A stretch of 22,879 nt of DNA from a virus. Position numbers and translations under genes: made by a program. Below the pieces are notes generated by a model. The model ran no database searches. It was not told the DNA's origin and saw only the letters and a list, made by a program, of their open reading frames with translations. The stretch is from IMG/VR virus record IMGVR_UViG_3300025592_000071; one strand, written 5' to 3'. Positions 9,042-17,876 of the stretch are shown one piece after another. Every line of letters begins with the position of its first letter. Positions within the stretch are counted from its first letter, which is position 1.

Positions 9042-9377
9042 ATGTCTACAATTAGAGAATTTTACATTGAAAAAGAAAAACGAGAGTTAATTAATACAAT
9101 TAATTCTGCCAAATATATTAGTGAAGAACAAAAAAATACTTTGATTTCTATAGTAGAAGATGATCGTGATGATTGGTATGCAGGGCATGATCCCAAGAAA
9201 AAGAAAGAGACATATAGTTCACAAAGTAAACCAAAATATCAACACGACACAGGTGTTGGAGGACAAAGTGGGAATTTAAGTAGAAGTGAGGCTCAAAAAA
9301 AGTACGATGAAACAGGAAGAGCTCCTGCTGGTTATAAAGTTAAAGATGGTAAAGTTTATCCAGACAGTAATAGGTAA
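9042..9377 (+). CDS. hypothetical hydrophilic protein, candidate internal head protein
   Basis: 111-aa ORF with SD AGGA between core genes and gp21; no family recognised. Confidence 0.6.
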   Translation: MSTIREFYIEKEKRELINTINSAKYISEEQKNTLISIVEDDRDDWYAGHDPKKKKETYSSQSKPKYQHDTGVGGQSGNLSRSEAQKKYDETGRAPAGYKVKDGKVYPDSNR

Positions 9378-9386
9378 GGAACTAAA

Positions 9387-10037
9387 ATGAAACTTATATG
9401 CGAACTACAAGAATCCGTTGAGTATGAATTGATTGAAGAGGGAGCAAAACCCAAACAGTACTTCATTGAAGGTATCTTCATGCAGTCTGAAAAAAAGAAT
9501 AAAAATGGTAGAGTATATCCTTTAGACGTTCTCGAAAGAGAAGTAAATAGATACGTCAACGAATATGTTACACCAAAACGTGCATTTGGAGAACTCGGAC
9601 ATCCTGACGGCCCTACGGTCAATCTAGATCGTGCATCACACATGATCACTTCTTTAGTTAAAGAAGGTAAGAATTTTGTTGGACGTGCAAAGGTTTTAAA
9701 TACACCAAATGGACAAATTGTTAAATGTTTGATCGATGAGGGCGCAAGACTAGGTGTTTCTTCAAGGGGAATGGGAACATTAAAACCAGATGCAAAGAAC
9801 TCTCAGATCGTACAAAATGATTTCTATCTTGCAACCGCTGCTGATATTGTTGCAGATCCCTCCGCTCCAAATGCTTTTGTAGAAGGTATTATGGAGGGGA
9901 AAGAATGGATTTGGAATAATGGACTTTTGCATGAACAAGATGTAGAACGAGCAAGAGACAATATTCTAAGAGCATCTTCCAAAAAACTTGAGGAAGTAAA
10001 AATAAACGAGTTTAAAAAGTTATTATCAAATTTGTAA
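9387..10037 (+). CDS. gp21: prohead protease (T4 gp21-like)
   Basis: YFIEGIFMQ, NKNGRVYP, AFGELGHP, VSSRGMG, DIVADPSAPNAFVEGIME. Confidence 0.97.
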   Translation: MKLICELQESVEYELIEEGAKPKQYFIEGIFMQSEKKNKNGRVYPLDVLEREVNRYVNEYVTPKRAFGELGHPDGPTVNLDRASHMITSLVKEGKNFVGRAKVLNTPNGQIVKCLIDEGARLGVSSRGMGTLKPDAKNSQIVQNDFYLATAADIVADPSAPNAFVEGIMEGKEWIWNNGLLHEQDVERARDNILRASSKKLEEVKINEFKKLLSNL

Positions 10038-10040
10038 TAT

Positions 10041-10048
10041 TATAAATA
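10041..10048 (+). promoter_or_regulatory. T4-type late promoter (TATAAATA) upstream of gp22/gp23
   Basis: exact consensus just after the gp21 stop. Confidence 0.75.
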
Positions 10049-10098
10049 ATACTACAGTAAACGAAATATACCATTAACTATTAGGAGTATCAAGTTCT

Positions 10099-11256
10099 AT
10101 GGAAAATAAAACTCAAGAAGAAATTCTGGAAGAAACTGAGCAAGAAGAACTTGTTGAGGCTCCAGAAGAAGTTGTGGAAGGTGAATTACCTTCCGCATTA
10201 CAAAAAGCAATCGACAAGAAAAACGGCAAAAAAGACGAAGATGATGACGATGACGAAGATGATGACGAAGATGATGATGATGAAATGAAAAAAGAGGAGG
10301 TTAAAATTCCTTCTACTAAATCTGCCATGATTAAAGCACTTTTCGATAAAGTCAACGGTATGAAAAAAGAAGATGTTTCTGCGAAATGGAAAAATCTTAT
10401 GAGTGTTGTAGAAGCAGAAGATTTGGGTGGAGAAACACCTCAAGATGCAACACCAGAAGGTGATACAGGCAAAATAGGTAAAAAGAAAAAGAAAATTAAA
10501 ATTTCCATGCCTGAAATCAATGTCAAAGAAGATATTGATGCGTTGGTCGAAGGTGAAGAACTTTCAGAAGAGTTTAAGTCTAAAGCTTCCACCATTTTTG
10601 AAGCCGCAGTTCACCAGAAGGTAATGGAAATTGCAACTGGAAAGATTGACGAACTCGAAACGGAGTATCAAACCAATCTTGAAGAAGAGATTGTTTCATT
10701 CCGTGACGAATTGACCGAAAAAGTCGATGGTTATCTCAACTACGTAGTTGAAGAGTGGATGAGGGAAAATGAACTTGCAATAGATAGTTCATTGAAAAGT
10801 GAAATTACCGAAGAATTCATTGGTGGTCTTAAAGATCTCTTCAGTGAACATTACATTGAAGTTCCAGACGAAAAAGTTGACATCATCGAAAGCCTTTATG
10901 ATAAGGTCGAGGAACTCGAAGAAAAATTAAATTCTCAAATCGATGATAACGTTCAAACTACGAACGAACTCAACGAATATCGTAAGGATAAGATCTTGGA
11001 AGAAGTTTGCGAAGACCTTGCAGACACACAATCCGAAAAGATGAAAACTCTTATAGAGGGTGTTTCTTACGAAAATGATGCAGACGACTTTGAGAATAAA
11101 GTCATGATGATCAAGGAAAATTATTTTCCCAATCAAACTAAACAGGATGAAAATGTTGAACAAGAAAGTGATGTGTCATACAATGGTGAAGAGGTTTCTG
11201 AACCTAAGATGAACAACATCATGGAAGCATATAGTAAAGCTATTGCTCGTAAATAA
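10099..11256 (+). CDS. gp22: prohead core scaffold protein (T4 gp22-like)
   Basis: ELSEEFKSKASTIFEAAV, KVDGYLNYVVEEWM, YIEVPDEKVD, IKENYF; highly acidic; between gp21 and gp23. Confidence 0.95.
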   Translation: MENKTQEEILEETEQEELVEAPEEVVEGELPSALQKAIDKKNGKKDEDDDDDEDDDEDDDDEMKKEEVKIPSTKSAMIKALFDKVNGMKKEDVSAKWKNLMSVVEAEDLGGETPQDATPEGDTGKIGKKKKKIKISMPEINVKEDIDALVEGEELSEEFKSKASTIFEAAVHQKVMEIATGKIDELETEYQTNLEEEIVSFRDELTEKVDGYLNYVVEEWMRENELAIDSSLKSEITEEFIGGLKDLFSEHYIEVPDEKVDIIESLYDKVEELEEKLNSQIDDNVQTTNELNEYRKDKILEEVCEDLADTQSEKMKTLIEGVSYENDADDFENKVMMIKENYFPNQTKQDENVEQESDVSYNGEEVSEPKMNNIMEAYSKAIARK

Positions 11257-11301
11257 TAATCAATTTTAAATATTTTTTTAACAATATAAGGAGTTTAAAA
11301 A

Positions 11302-12678
11302 ATGCAACTTTCAGAATCAATTAATAATAAGTGGGCGCCGGTTCTAGATCATCCAGATCTTCCCAAAATCGGCGATCCCTATCGCAGAGCAGTTACTGCT
11401 ATGTGTCTCGAAAATGTTGAAAAACAATATGCTCAAGACAAACAAGGCAGTGGGCTCTTAATGGAAGCAACCCCAACTACTACAATGGGACTAACATCCA
11501 CTAACCCATCTTTAGGTGGTGTAGCAGGAAATTCGGTTCAAGCATCTGCGGATTTTGCAGATCCAGTTTTGATCTCAATGGTTCGACGTGCGATGCCTCA
11601 ACTCGTAGCATACGATGTTTGTGGTGTGCAACCAATGTCTGGGCCAACAGGATTGATTTTCGCACTCAAGAGTCGTGTCAATTCAATGTCAGGTGCAGAA
11701 ATGCCAGGAGTCAATGCTGACACCGTTGCAAGTGAATCTGGTACGCCAGGCCACGCATCGGGTGACTTAGTTAAGACGCCAGGTCTTTTGATCACGGCTG
11801 CTGATGGTACTGGACAAACTGGTAACGAATTTTCCGCATCAAGTGCTCTGGAAACAGACGGTGGTGAGGGCGATATCGCTGGTGAAATGTCCTTTTCGAT
11901 TGAGAAGATTTCAATCGCCGCTGGTACACGTGCCCTGAAAGGTTCCTATTCAATGGAACTCGCACAGGATTTACGTGCAGTACATGGTCTGGATGCAGAA
12001 GCAGAACTTGCTAACATCTTGTCAATGGAAATCCTTGCAGAAATAAATCGAGAAATAATTCGTAAGATTTATATCAATGCCGCAGTTGGAGCCCAAATTG
12101 GTACAACTACTGCTGGTCTTTTCGATCTTGATACTGATTCCAATGGACGTTGGATGGTTGAGAAGTTCAAGGGTCTGATGATGCAGATTGAAAAAGATGC
12201 AAATCAGATTGGTAAAGACACACGAAGAGGTAAAGGAAATATTCTAATGACTTCATCTGATGTAGCTTCTGCCCTTCAGATGGCGGGTATGTTGGATTAT
12301 GCTCCTGCAATGAGTACAGATCTGAATACAGATACTGCTTCTTCAACTTTTGCCGGAGTACTTAACGGTCGATATAAAGTATATGTTGATCCTTATGCTG
12401 ATGCGAACGCACAAGAGTTTTACTGTGTAGGTTACAAAGGTAGTTCACCAATGGATGCAGGAATATTCTACTGCCCTTACGTTCCGTTACAAATGGTTCG
12501 TGCGGTTGACAGTTCTAGTTTCCAACCACAAATTGCATTCAAAACACGTTATGGTCTGGTTGCAAATCCATTTGCTGAAAATGCAAGTGCTTCAACTGGT
12601 CGTATAACAGGTGTTCTTGGAACTAATCCTCACCTGAATGTATATTACAGAAAAGCGGCAATCACCAATTTGATGTAG
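11302..12678 (+). CDS. gp23: major capsid protein (T4 gp23-like)
   Basis: KWAPVLDH, DPVLISMVRRAMPQL, DVCGVQPMSGPTGLIFA, YSMELAQDLRAVHGLDAEAEL, FYCPYVPLQM, FQPQIAFKTRYG. Confidence 0.98.
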   Translation: MQLSESINNKWAPVLDHPDLPKIGDPYRRAVTAMCLENVEKQYAQDKQGSGLLMEATPTTTMGLTSTNPSLGGVAGNSVQASADFADPVLISMVRRAMPQLVAYDVCGVQPMSGPTGLIFALKSRVNSMSGAEMPGVNADTVASESGTPGHASGDLVKTPGLLITAADGTGQTGNEFSASSALETDGGEGDIAGEMSFSIEKISIAAGTRALKGSYSMELAQDLRAVHGLDAEAELANILSMEILAEINREIIRKIYINAAVGAQIGTTTAGLFDLDTDSNGRWMVEKFKGLMMQIEKDANQIGKDTRRGKGNILMTSSDVASALQMAGMLDYAPAMSTDLNTDTASSTFAGVLNGRYKVYVDPYADANAQEFYCVGYKGSSPMDAGIFYCPYVPLQMVRAVDSSSFQPQIAFKTRYGLVANPFAENASASTGRITGVLGTNPHLNVYYRKAAITNLM

Positions 12679-12689
12679 TCGTAATTGAC

Positions 12690-12718
12690 TTGACTTATTG
12701 ATGACATCGTGTTATAAT
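12690..12718 (+). promoter_or_regulatory. sigma70-type promoter TTGACT-17bp-TATAAT with extended -10 (TGn)
   Basis: TTGACT 12690-12695; TG 12710-12711; TATAAT 12713-12718. Confidence 0.7.
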
Positions 12719-12731
12719 AAGTCGAAAAACA

Positions 12732-12765
12732 AAAACCCAATGATGCTGAAACATCATTGGGTTTT
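12732..12765 (+). terminator. intrinsic terminator-like hairpin after gp23 (potentially bidirectional)
   Basis: perfect 14-bp inverted repeat AAAACCCAATGATG / CATCATTGGGTTTT with a 6-nt loop CTGAAA; A-tract on one side and T-tract on the other. Confidence 0.8.
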
Positions 12766-12797
12766 CTACATCATAATTTCCTCTAAGGAAGAAAATC

Positions 12798-12989
12798 ATG
12801 TCTGACATTATTTATAGTTGTGAATCTATAAAATATGCCAACGAATTGAACTTAAAGAAACAACTCCATTCCAAATCATATCGATCAAACACACGATTTA
12901 TCAACCTAATCGTGATACCCACCGATTTTCTGCCCAAACAATCATCACCTAGAATTAGAATACATTCAATACTTGGTAACAAGGAATAA
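12798..12989 (+). CDS. hypothetical protein
   Basis: 63-aa ORF with SD AAGGA; stop lies 1 nt before the next ATG; no family recognised. Confidence 0.5.
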   Translation: MSDIIYSCESIKYANELNLKKQLHSKSYRSNTRFINLIVIPTDFLPKQSSPRIRIHSILGNKE

Positions 12990-12990
12990 T

Positions 12991-13647
12991 ATGATTATAG
13001 TGATAGGGAATGGTCAATCAAAATCTGTTTCGGATTTCAATCTTTTCAAAAAACATATTACGTATGGTTGTGATTTCATTTATCGCAAATTCATACCAAA
13101 TCATTTAGTTTGTCAGGATATTGATGCACAATTGGAATTGATAACGAATAACTTGACGAAAAAATACAAATGTTATTTTAAAGGGTTTGATCTGATTCCG
13201 AGTATGCACTATGATACACTTAAACAGACAACCGATAAAAGATTAAAAATTGGAGAGAATCAACCAAAAACAGATAATTTTATCCAATTCGCCCACGAAG
13301 GGGTTATGTATTTTATTTGGATCGATCCATCTGATCCAACTGAAAATATTGTTTGGTGGTCAGATAATAAATTTGATGAATGGGTTTCGGATACAGTCGC
13401 ACTTCGTTTGGCCGCACAACAAAATCCTGACGAATCGGTTTTTTATTGTATAGGTTTTGATTACTACCATCAACAGACAAAAGATGGTATATATCTTGGT
13501 TCTTCTATCATAGATTTTCAAAACAATGAACACGATTCTTGGATCAGTCAACACAAACACATAGAAAATGAATTTCCAAATTCTAAATTTATTTTTGTTG
13601 GAAAAGACATAGATTATGGTGAGTTCGAAAATCTGTTGAATAAATAA
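12991..13647 (+). CDS. hypothetical protein with GT29/MptE(DUF115)-like Rossmann-type motifs
   Basis: start re-called to ATG 12991 (SD AAGGA); IIVIGNGQS, YGCDFIYR, LVCQD, ALRLAA...FYCIGFDY. Confidence 0.6.
   Translation: MIIVIGNGQSKSVSDFNLFKKHITYGCDFIYRKFIPNHLVCQDIDAQLELITNNLTKKYKCYFKGFDLIPSMHYDTLKQTTDKRLKIGENQPKTDNFIQFAHEGVMYFIWIDPSDPTENIVWWSDNKFDEWVSDTVALRLAAQQNPDESVFYCIGFDYYHQQTKDGIYLGSSIIDFQNNEHDSWISQHKHIENEFPNSKFIFVGKDIDYGEFENLLNK
13639..13646 (+). promoter_or_regulatory. probable late promoter variant (AATAAATA) upstream of gp3
   Basis: one mismatch to consensus; 25 nt before the gp3 ATG; gp3 is a late structural gene in T4. Confidence 0.45.
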
Positions 13648-13670
13648 TAGAAAGAACAAAAAGGAAATTC

Positions 13671-14204
13671 ATGTCCGCAACAAATACAGTACCCGACAAT
13701 CTAAATTATCTTTCAAATATCAGTTTTCGACTGACAATGCAAGATGCGCCAAATTTAACTTGGTTTTGTCAGGCAGTCAATGTGCCTGGTGTATCAATTG
13801 AGGGTATAGATGTGATGACACCACATGCCACCATACCTTTTGCGGGAAATAAAGTTTCGTTCGAAGAGTTGTCTGTCAGGTTCATTGTTGATGAACATAT
13901 GAAAAATTGGACAGAAATTTATGATAGAATTATTGCAACTGGTTTGGCAGAAGGACACGAAAAATATAGACTTCTTAAGGATTCAAATTCAATCAATCCA
14001 AGAGGTGGGATAGTTTCAACTGTTGTACTTACTGTTCTAACAAGTGCGATGAATCCCCAAATGGAATTTCATTTCTACGATGCCTTTCCTATTTCCCTTT
14101 CTGCACTCGATTTTGATAGCACAAATGCCGATTTAGAATATTTTACAGCTACTGTAGGATTTCGTTATACTAATTATGAAATAAAAAATCTATTGAACAA
14201 CTAA
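13671..14204 (+). CDS. gp3: tail completion / tube terminator protein (T4 gp3-like)
   Basis: NYLSNISFRL, WFCQAVNVPGVS, FEELSVRFIVDEHMKNW, FYDAFPISLSALDFD; upstream of uvsY-uvsW as in many T4-like genomes. Confidence 0.88.
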   Translation: MSATNTVPDNLNYLSNISFRLTMQDAPNLTWFCQAVNVPGVSIEGIDVMTPHATIPFAGNKVSFEELSVRFIVDEHMKNWTEIYDRIIATGLAEGHEKYRLLKDSNSINPRGGIVSTVVLTVLTSAMNPQMEFHFYDAFPISLSALDFDSTNADLEYFTATVGFRYTNYEIKNLLNN

Positions 14205-14211
14205 GGTTATT

Positions 14212-14631
14212 ATGAAAATTGAAGACATTATGGAAATGTGGGGGGAAGACTCTCACATCGATGATAAAGATCTGGACAACGAATCTTTGAATATTCCCAA
14301 CCTACATCAAAAATACTTAGACATATATTCCAAAGAAAAACGCAAATTCAGAGACCTCAAAACTCACTGGAAGGTTCTTTTTCAACAACGGTGGGAAGTG
14401 GTAGTTTCTAAAAATGGCAAAGCACCTGATCACAATATACGAATTTCTAAAACCGAATTAGAGAGACACTACGTTGCGGCAGACGAATCATTGCAAAAGG
14501 CAGAAGTAATAATGAACGAACAAGAAGGGAAGGTCGATTATCTGAAATCGGTTCTTTCAATGATTGAGAATAGAAGTTTTCATATCAACAATGCAATCAA
14601 TTGGAGGAAATTTGTTGCAGGGTTAGGGTGA
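14212..14631 (+). CDS. uvsY: recombination mediator UvsY
   Basis: MWGEDSHID, ESLNIPNLHQKY, YVAADE, IENRSFHINNAINWRKF. Confidence 0.9.
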   Translation: MKIEDIMEMWGEDSHIDDKDLDNESLNIPNLHQKYLDIYSKEKRKFRDLKTHWKVLFQQRWEVVVSKNGKAPDHNIRISKTELERHYVAADESLQKAEVIMNEQEGKVDYLKSVLSMIENRSFHINNAINWRKFVAGLG

Positions 14632-14633
14632 TC

Positions 14634-16094
14634 ATGCAAATCATAATGGAAAAAGAGAACGAGGTTTTTCTACGACTTTCTTGTGAGCCTGGGGTGGGGA
14701 TGGAACTCAATCATTATTTCCGTTTTCATCCAAAGGATTATCAGTTCATGCCGATGTTCCGAAGGAAAAAGTGGGATGGATATGTCTATCTTTATAATAT
14801 GAACAGTGGTCGAATATATTATGGTCTGAAAAATAAAATACAACGTTTTGCGAGTGATAGAGAATATGAACTCATTGATCGAACAAATGACCCAACCCAA
14901 CCCCTATCAAATGAGGATTACCTAAAGTTTCTTACATCATTTCCTTGTGAATTTAAATTAAGAGATTATCAAAGTCTCGCTGTTAGACACTCAATAGATA
15001 AAAAAAGATGTGTCCTCCTTTCACCAACTGCATCAGGCAAATCCTTTGTTATTTATTACTTGATTCGTTATTATTTTCCACAAAAAACACTAATCATTGT
15101 ACCAACACTTTCTTTGGTGAGTCAGATGTATTCTGATTTTGAGGCCTATGCGAAGGTGGACAAAACATTTAAGGTCGAAAAATTCGTTCATAAGATCTTT
15201 GGTGGTCAAGAAAAAACAACAGACAAACCAATCATAATTTCAACATGGCAATCATTGTATGAATTGGAAAAGAATTTCTTCACCGATTTTAAATTGGTGA
15301 TAGGTGATGAGGCACATATGTATAAATCCAAATCACTTACTAAAATAATGAAGAATCTGGAAAACACACCTTACCGAATTGGAACGACCGGAACAATAGA
15401 TGATGTCGAAGTACATGCTCTAATACTAGAAGGCCTTTTTGGTTCAATTAAAAGAATAACAACCACTAAAGAACTTATCGAGAACAAAACATTATCATCG
15501 ATATCCATAAAGTGTCTTGTTCTTAGTTACTCTAAAAAGGAACGCATTCTAGTATCAAAACTGAATTATCAAGAAGAGATAGACTTCATAGTAAGTCATT
15601 CGGGAAGGAACAAATACATATGCAATCTAGTAAAAGGACTTTCAGGAAATACATTGGTTCTTTTTCAATTGATAGAAAAACATGGTAACATTTTGCATTC
15701 AATATTAGAAGAAATTGTTGATTCTTCTAGGAAAATCTTTTTTGTTTATGGAGGAACAGATGCAGACACAAGAGAAAAAGTCAGAGAACTTGTTGAGAAG
15801 GAAAAGGATGCTATTATATGTGCAAGTTATGGTGTATACAGTACCGGCATCAACATTAGGAATCTTCACAACATTGTTTTCGCTTCTCCTTCTAAGAGTC
15901 GTATTAGAAATTTACAATCGATAGGTAGAGGGCTGAGGAGATCAGACACAAAAGAGAATGCAACTCTTTATGACATTTCAGATGATTTGTGTCACAATGG
16001 TAAGAAGAATTATACATTAAATCATTTTATGGAACGAGTGAAAATATATACTAGTGAACATTTCCCCTATCAGATATATACTATTTCAATTTAA
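14634..16094 (+). CDS. uvsW: SF2 DNA helicase UvsW
   Basis: start re-called to ATG 14634 (or GTG 14628); LRDYQ, SPTASGKS, DEAH, GTTGT, STGINI, QSIGRGLR. Confidence 0.96.
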   Translation: MQIIMEKENEVFLRLSCEPGVGMELNHYFRFHPKDYQFMPMFRRKKWDGYVYLYNMNSGRIYYGLKNKIQRFASDREYELIDRTNDPTQPLSNEDYLKFLTSFPCEFKLRDYQSLAVRHSIDKKRCVLLSPTASGKSFVIYYLIRYYFPQKTLIIVPTLSLVSQMYSDFEAYAKVDKTFKVEKFVHKIFGGQEKTTDKPIIISTWQSLYELEKNFFTDFKLVIGDEAHMYKSKSLTKIMKNLENTPYRIGTTGTIDDVEVHALILEGLFGSIKRITTTKELIENKTLSSISIKCLVLSYSKKERILVSKLNYQEEIDFIVSHSGRNKYICNLVKGLSGNTLVLFQLIEKHGNILHSILEEIVDSSRKIFFVYGGTDADTREKVRELVEKEKDAIICASYGVYSTGINIRNLHNIVFASPSKSRIRNLQSIGRGLRRSDTKENATLYDISDDLCHNGKKNYTLNHFMERVKIYTSEHFPYQIYTISI

Positions 16095-16108
16095 ACGTCC
16101 ACAGACTT

Positions 16109-16137
16109 ATTATATCAGATCCAATCAGAAAAGTCAA
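16109..16137 (-). promoter_or_regulatory. sigma70-type promoter TTGACT-17bp-TATAAT (extended -10) pointing antisense into uvsW
   Basis: minus-strand reading: TTGACT 16137-16132, 17-nt spacer ending in TGA, TATAAT 16114-16109. Confidence 0.65.
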
Positions 16138-16160
16138 GTTATTTTTTATTCATATTTAAC

Positions 16161-16189
16161 TTGACAAATACGATAAAACTTGTTATACT
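16161..16189 (+). promoter_or_regulatory. sigma70-type early promoter TTGACA-17bp-TATACT (extended -10) for the gp55-gp47-gp46 operon
   Basis: TTGACA 16161-16166; TG 16181-16182; TATACT 16184-16189. Confidence 0.8.
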
Positions 16190-16224
16190 TATATAATGAA
16201 CTCAAATAAGAAAGGTATACGATC

Positions 16225-16824
16225 ATGGCACGAAAAAAACAACACTATGTTGACAATGAAAGATTTCTAGAAGTAATGGGTGGTTATCGTGAAAAATTTC
16301 TAGAATCAAAAGACAACGAAACGGAAAGACCCATGTTACCAGATTATGCAGGGGAATGCTTTCTTAAAATAGCGGAAAGGTTGTCTTATAGACCCAATTT
16401 TATAAATTATGCATTCAGAGAAGAGATGGTAAGTGATGGTATTGAAAATTGTGTAATGTATGCAAGTAATTTTAATCCAGAAAAATCAACAAATCCCTTT
16501 GCGTATTTTACTCAAATAATATACTTTGCGTTTTTACGAAGAATCGAAAAAGAAAAAAAACAACTATATATCAAATACAAAAAGATGGAAGAATATAGTT
16601 CTTTGGAAGACAATGCGGATATGGGAGGTATGGGGTCATCGGAAACGAAAGCTGCAACTTCTTCTGCCACACCCCTGACAGTCGATAAACAGGCCTCTAT
16701 TAGGGAATTTATATTCGCATTCGAGGAAAAAAAACGAAAGAAGAAGGAAGTTAAACCTGTCAAGAAAGACGATGATGTCGTTTCGTTTTCTCCCCTGACC
16801 GCATTTATGAGAGCTTGTGCATGA
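16225..16824 (+). CDS. gp55: late-transcription sigma factor (T4 gp55-like)
   Basis: HYVDNERF, YAGECFLKIAERLSYRPNFINY, EEMVSDGIENC, NPFAYFTQIIYFAFLRRIEKEKKQ. Confidence 0.96.
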   Translation: MARKKQHYVDNERFLEVMGGYREKFLESKDNETERPMLPDYAGECFLKIAERLSYRPNFINYAFREEMVSDGIENCVMYASNFNPEKSTNPFAYFTQIIYFAFLRRIEKEKKQLYIKYKKMEEYSSLEDNADMGGMGSSETKAATSSATPLTVDKQASIREFIFAFEEKKRKKKEVKPVKKDDDVVSFSPLTAFMRACA

Positions 16825-17876
16825 AAATTGCTTTGATAACGGACACCCACGCCGGATCGAGAAATGACAGTCTCATATTTGCAGAATATTTTAGAAAGTT
16901 TTATGAAAATATATTTTTCCCTACTCTGAAAGAAAGAAGAATTACTGATGTAATTCACTTAGGTGATATGTTTGATAGACGGAAATTCATCAACTATAGA
17001 ACTCTCAATTCATGGAAAGGGATGTTTTTTGATCCCCTAAAGGAAATGGGTGGAAATGTCAAAATCATAATTGGAAACCATGATTCCTTTTTCAAAAATA
17101 CTCTCAAGGTTAATTCACCACAAGAACTAACAAAAGGAATGTCTCACGTTACTGTATATGACAAACCCACCGAAGTTTCTTTGACGGATGATCATAAGGT
17201 TTTATTTGTGCCGTGGATTTGTGATGATAATGAAAAGGAAACAAAAGAACTCATCGAAAAGACACGAACTAAAGTTGCATTCGGTCATCTTCAGTTAGTG
17301 GGAATTGAACAGAATAAAGGTTCTTATAGTATAGATGGATATTCGTTATCGATGTTCAATGCATTTCAACGAGTATTTTCTGGACACTTTCATCATCGTT
17401 CTACTACTGGAAATATTACATATCTCGGAAATCCATACGAAATTACATGGAGTGATTATAATGATCCAAGAGGATTTCATATCTATGATACTGAAACAAT
17501 GGAGGTGGAATTTATCGAAAATCCCTATTCCATGTTTTACAAGATTTATTATAATGATGAGAAAAATGATTATGGTGATTTGTCGAAATATGAAAATTGT
17601 TATGTGAAAATCATAATCGAGAATAGGAACAACTCTTATCTATTTCAAATTTTAATGGATAAGTTAGTAGATGTGGGTGTTGGTCATATTTCGATAGTGG
17701 ACAATCTCTTTGATATAGAAGACATGGGAGACGACATAGAGAATATGGAAGACGTGGAAGATACAATGAGCATAATCAAGAGTTGCGTAGAAAGTTTACA
17801 AATCGAAAACAAAGAGTCGTTGAATTTATTAATGCAAAATCTTTATAACGAAGCCTTAATGTCAGAGACAATATGA
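16821..17876 (+). CDS. gp47: recombination endonuclease subunit (T4 gp47, Mre11/SbcD-like)
   Basis: start re-called to ATG 16821 (ATGA overlap with gp55); phosphoesterase motifs DTH, HLGD, GNHD, GHL, SGHFH, YLGNPY. Confidence 0.95.
   Translation: MKIALITDTHAGSRNDSLIFAEYFRKFYENIFFPTLKERRITDVIHLGDMFDRRKFINYRTLNSWKGMFFDPLKEMGGNVKIIIGNHDSFFKNTLKVNSPQELTKGMSHVTVYDKPTEVSLTDDHKVLFVPWICDDNEKETKELIEKTRTKVAFGHLQLVGIEQNKGSYSIDGYSLSMFNAFQRVFSGHFHHRSTTGNITYLGNPYEITWSDYNDPRGFHIYDTETMEVEFIENPYSMFYKIYYNDEKNDYGDLSKYENCYVKIIIENRNNSYLFQILMDKLVDVGVGHISIVDNLFDIEDMGDDIENMEDVEDTMSIIKSCVESLQIENKESLNLLMQNLYNEALMSETI

Noticed and set aside
10233-10283. GAY/GAA-rich quasi-repeat encoding a poly-Asp/Glu tract
   Set aside because: Low-complexity acidic linker inside the scaffold protein, ordinary for gp22; not a nucleotide-level array.
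12679-13670. No gp24 vertex gene after gp23
   Set aside because: Absence from this position is common in non-coliphage T4-like genomes, and the gene could lie outside the window.
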